Source: a virus
Taxonomy: Duplodnaviria; Caudoviricetes
Length of the DNA: 60,212 nt
IMG/VR virus record: IMGVR_UViG_3300007513_000041
Location: 1-60,212 of that record
Strand: one strand, 5' to 3'
Below the pieces are notes generated by a model. The model worked only from the letters and a program-made list of their open reading frames with translations. It did no database searches and was not told where the DNA came from. The position numbers and the translations under genes are program-made. Positions within the stretch are counted from its first letter, which is position 1; each line of letters begins with the position of its first letter. Positions 58,683 through 60,212 of this stretch are shown one piece after another.

Positions 58683-60212
58683 ATGGCAGTATCTTATCTT
58701 TCTGGTGGAAGAATACAAGGAATAAGTAGTGTACCATCTAACACAGGTCAAGATTATGAAAATCAATTTACAACTGACAATGTGACCGTAGGTGCAGGTG
58801 GTCAAAACGATCTTGATTTAACTATAGTTGATGGACATATTCAAGCACATTCAAACTGGGAACAAAAACAGGGAATGAAATGTGAACAAGGATTAAACGG
58901 TAAAGCATTGAAAACTGTAACTGTTAGGTTGAAAAAGGCAGGAACACCAACTGCAACTTTACGCTGTGATGTGATACGAAATAGCAACCCACAAACAACA
59001 CCTGAAGCATACTCAGATACAAAAGATCAAGATGACTTAACAGCAAGTTATCAGGACATAACATTCACATTTTCATCAGCAGTTACACTTGCAACAGATG
59101 ATTATATTGTAATAACCTCATCAGCGACAGGTGGTGCAACAGGTACGAGTACAATAATAGCCCAAACTGATTGCAATCCTGAAAGGTATTATGCAAATAA
59201 TGGTGCAACATCTTGGTCTGGTGGAACTATAGGAACAGGTACAACAGCAAAACAGGCTTGTGTAATGAAACTGCAAGATGCAAGTGGTACGGTTCTTTAT
59301 GATGTAAATGAAAAACAGGTTCATTGGAACGCTGATACACACCCAAGCAGTAATCAACAATGTTATTGGGATCTTGGAACAACATTAGATGATGATAAAT
59401 GGGTTTGTAGATTCACAATAATGGCTACCCATGTGGATCTGGGTGTAACAGCAGTTGGGGAATTTATTAAAATAGGAATGGTATCTTCAACTGGTGCTGC
59501 ATGGAATACAAATCAAGAATGGGCTTGTCTAAACGTATGGACTGGAGAGTATGGTTCAAATAAAACATTATGGGGAAGTGCAATACAAGAGGGTGCAGGT
59601 TCAGCAGGTTATGCTTCACCAACTGTAAGAGATGGTGGTGGTGGTGATAACGCTTTTGGTGAAAACTTTACACAAGGTTCGCTTATAGCACATAAACCAT
59701 TTTATATAGAAATTTCAAAAGATGATGATATGATTTATGTAAAACGATATACTGATAGTACATATAATACAGTTGAAGAAACCTGTACTCCTAGTGCAGG
59801 AACAGCAAATTTAGGAGATTTTAGATATTTTGCATTTAATACATTTACAAACAGTTATGACAATAGAGTTGGACAAATATCAGGAATTGTTGATGATGTA
59901 AGAGTTTGGGACGGTGTGTCTAGCGTAACAGCAGGAGAAAAAGCAGCAATAACAAATGTACCAATACAATCTACGTTTGAAGAAACAGATACCAATAAAT
60001 TCTATACTAAATTATATACATACGCTGATGGTTTAACATGGGTAGAACAAGGAAATGCTGGATACCTTACTGAAGCAGATGCAGGAGGTGGAGCTAGAGG
60101 AATATTCTGTGGAGGATATACAAGCACACATCTCAATGTCATGGAATATATTACAATATCAACTACTGGTGATGTAACAGATTTCGGAGATTTATCAGGT
60201 AATAGAACAGGT
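58683..60212 (+). CDS. Modular receptor-binding protein, N-terminal part (runs off the window end)
   Basis: 510 codons open to the end: MAVSYLSGGRIQG...TNVPIQSTFEETDT...first propeller blade ...DFGDLSGNRTG. Confidence 0.75.
   Translation, partial: MAVSYLSGGRIQGISSVPSNTGQDYENQFTTDNVTVGAGGQNDLDLTIVDGHIQAHSNWEQKQGMKCEQGLNGKALKTVTVRLKKAGTPTATLRCDVIRNSNPQTTPEAYSDTKDQDDLTASYQDITFTFSSAVTLATDDYIVITSSATGGATGTSTIIAQTDCNPERYYANNGATSWSGGTIGTGTTAKQACVMKLQDASGTVLYDVNEKQVHWNADTHPSSNQQCYWDLGTTLDDDKWVCRFTIMATHVDLGVTAVGEFIKIGMVSSTGAAWNTNQEWACLNVWTGEYGSNKTLWGSAIQEGAGSAGYASPTVRDGGGGDNAFGENFTQGSLIAHKPFYIEISKDDDMIYVKRYTDSTYNTVEETCTPSAGTANLGDFRYFAFNTFTNSYDNRVGQISGIVDDVRVWDGVSSVTAGEKAAITNVPIQSTFEETDTNKFYTKLYTYADGLTWVEQGNAGYLTEADAGGGARGIFCGGYTSTHLNVMEYITISTTGDVTDFGDLSGNRTG

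Larger units (their letters stand above)
1..60212. mobile_element. Archaeal tailed virus genome (Caudoviricetes), near-complete, probably infecting marine Thaumarchaeota
   Basis: Terminase, portal, prohead protease, capsid and tail genes together with archaeal MCM, RadA and Hjc-like genes; TATA boxes ~25-30 nt before ATGs; no cellular housekeeping genes. Confidence 0.93.

Noticed and set aside
1-60212. Provirus, integrase or amoC auxiliary gene
   Set aside because: No recombinase motif, host flanks or AmoC-like ORF recognised

Overview
Near-complete ~60 kb genome of an AT-rich archaeal tailed virus (Caudoviricetes; siphovirus-like, since no sheath gene is seen). The host is most likely a marine ammonia-oxidising archaeon (Nitrososphaeria/Thaumarchaeota, 'Marthavirus'-like). 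This is inferred from archaeal RadA and MCM, a CobS/MoxR-vWA pair, cupredoxin-like and matrixin genes, and TATA-box leaderless promoters. The window ends appear to join inside one gene. Plus strand 40.8-60.2 kb and 0-7.6 kb carry portal, protease, scaffold, capsid, connectors, tail and receptor-binding genes. 7.7-16.5 kb holds Cas4-like, TGT/DpdA-like, terminase and two large low-complexity proteins. 18-25.5 kb is replication/recombination (MCM, RadA, Hjc-like); no polymerase, primase or integrase was recognised. Minus strand 27.3-40.5 kb is a likely early region, interrupted by a ~1.6 kb non-coding island (36.7-38.3 kb). Most striking signals: (1) that island, with a non-canonical tRNA-like element heading a pseudoknotted RNA, a divergent second structured RNA, Z-DNA-prone tracts and pure-AT tracts; (2) candidate protease-processed capsid-cargo polyproteins; (3) receptor-binding proteins with a split anchor and nested domain insertions; (4) a 1149-aa basic repeat protein; (5) a TGT-like enzyme lacking its DSG aspartate. 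All calls come from motif reading by eye; no searches were run.
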